Positions 63,951-64,000 of a stretch of 64,000 bases of DNA are shown here, piece by piece. Position 1 is the first letter of the stretch. Every line of letters starts with the position of its first letter. This DNA comes from Octopus vulgaris (lineage: Eukaryota): NCBI GenBank assembly GCA_951406725.2, contig OX597815.1, positions 165,106,001 to 165,170,000 on the forward strand. The letters run 5' to 3'. Under the pieces are notes generated by a model. It was not told where the DNA came from. It ran no database searches and worked only from the letters and a program-made list of their open reading frames with translations. Made by a program: the position numbers and the translations under genes.

Positions 63951-64000
63951 ACAGAAAAGTAAACAGTGTGTGTGTGTGTGCATGATGGTGTGTGCTTTGT

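Overview
AT-rich eukaryotic DNA saturated with microsatellites and transposable elements. The SINE families resemble those I recall from Octopus genomes (inference, not checked). No complete host gene is visible; there are only two or three isolated candidate exons, and almost all listed ORFs are translations of microsatellites. Recognisable elements are at least three tRNA-derived SINE families in many copies, a young 5'-truncated RTE-clade LINE (a PHD-like Cys/His finger inside the RT, a 62-bp A/B tandem array in the 3' UTR) lying head-to-head with an older RTE copy, many RTE 3'-tail fragments, a full-length dead mariner, a deleted mariner, a maT/DD37D-like fragment, a piggyBac remnant, TTAA-flanked MITEs, an R4/Dong-like 3' end inside (TAA)n, and a Penelope-like GIY-YIG endonuclease remnant. 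The most striking unexplained layer is a dozen or more intact or decayed minimal type-I hammerhead ribozyme motifs (CUGANGA...GAAA, palindromic stem III, NUH) from several short repeat families. Several are arranged as head-to-head palindromes or fold-backs, including a 615-bp palindrome with two outward-facing hammerheads whose stem II loops contain (TAA)n expansions. All motif and structure calls were made by eye.
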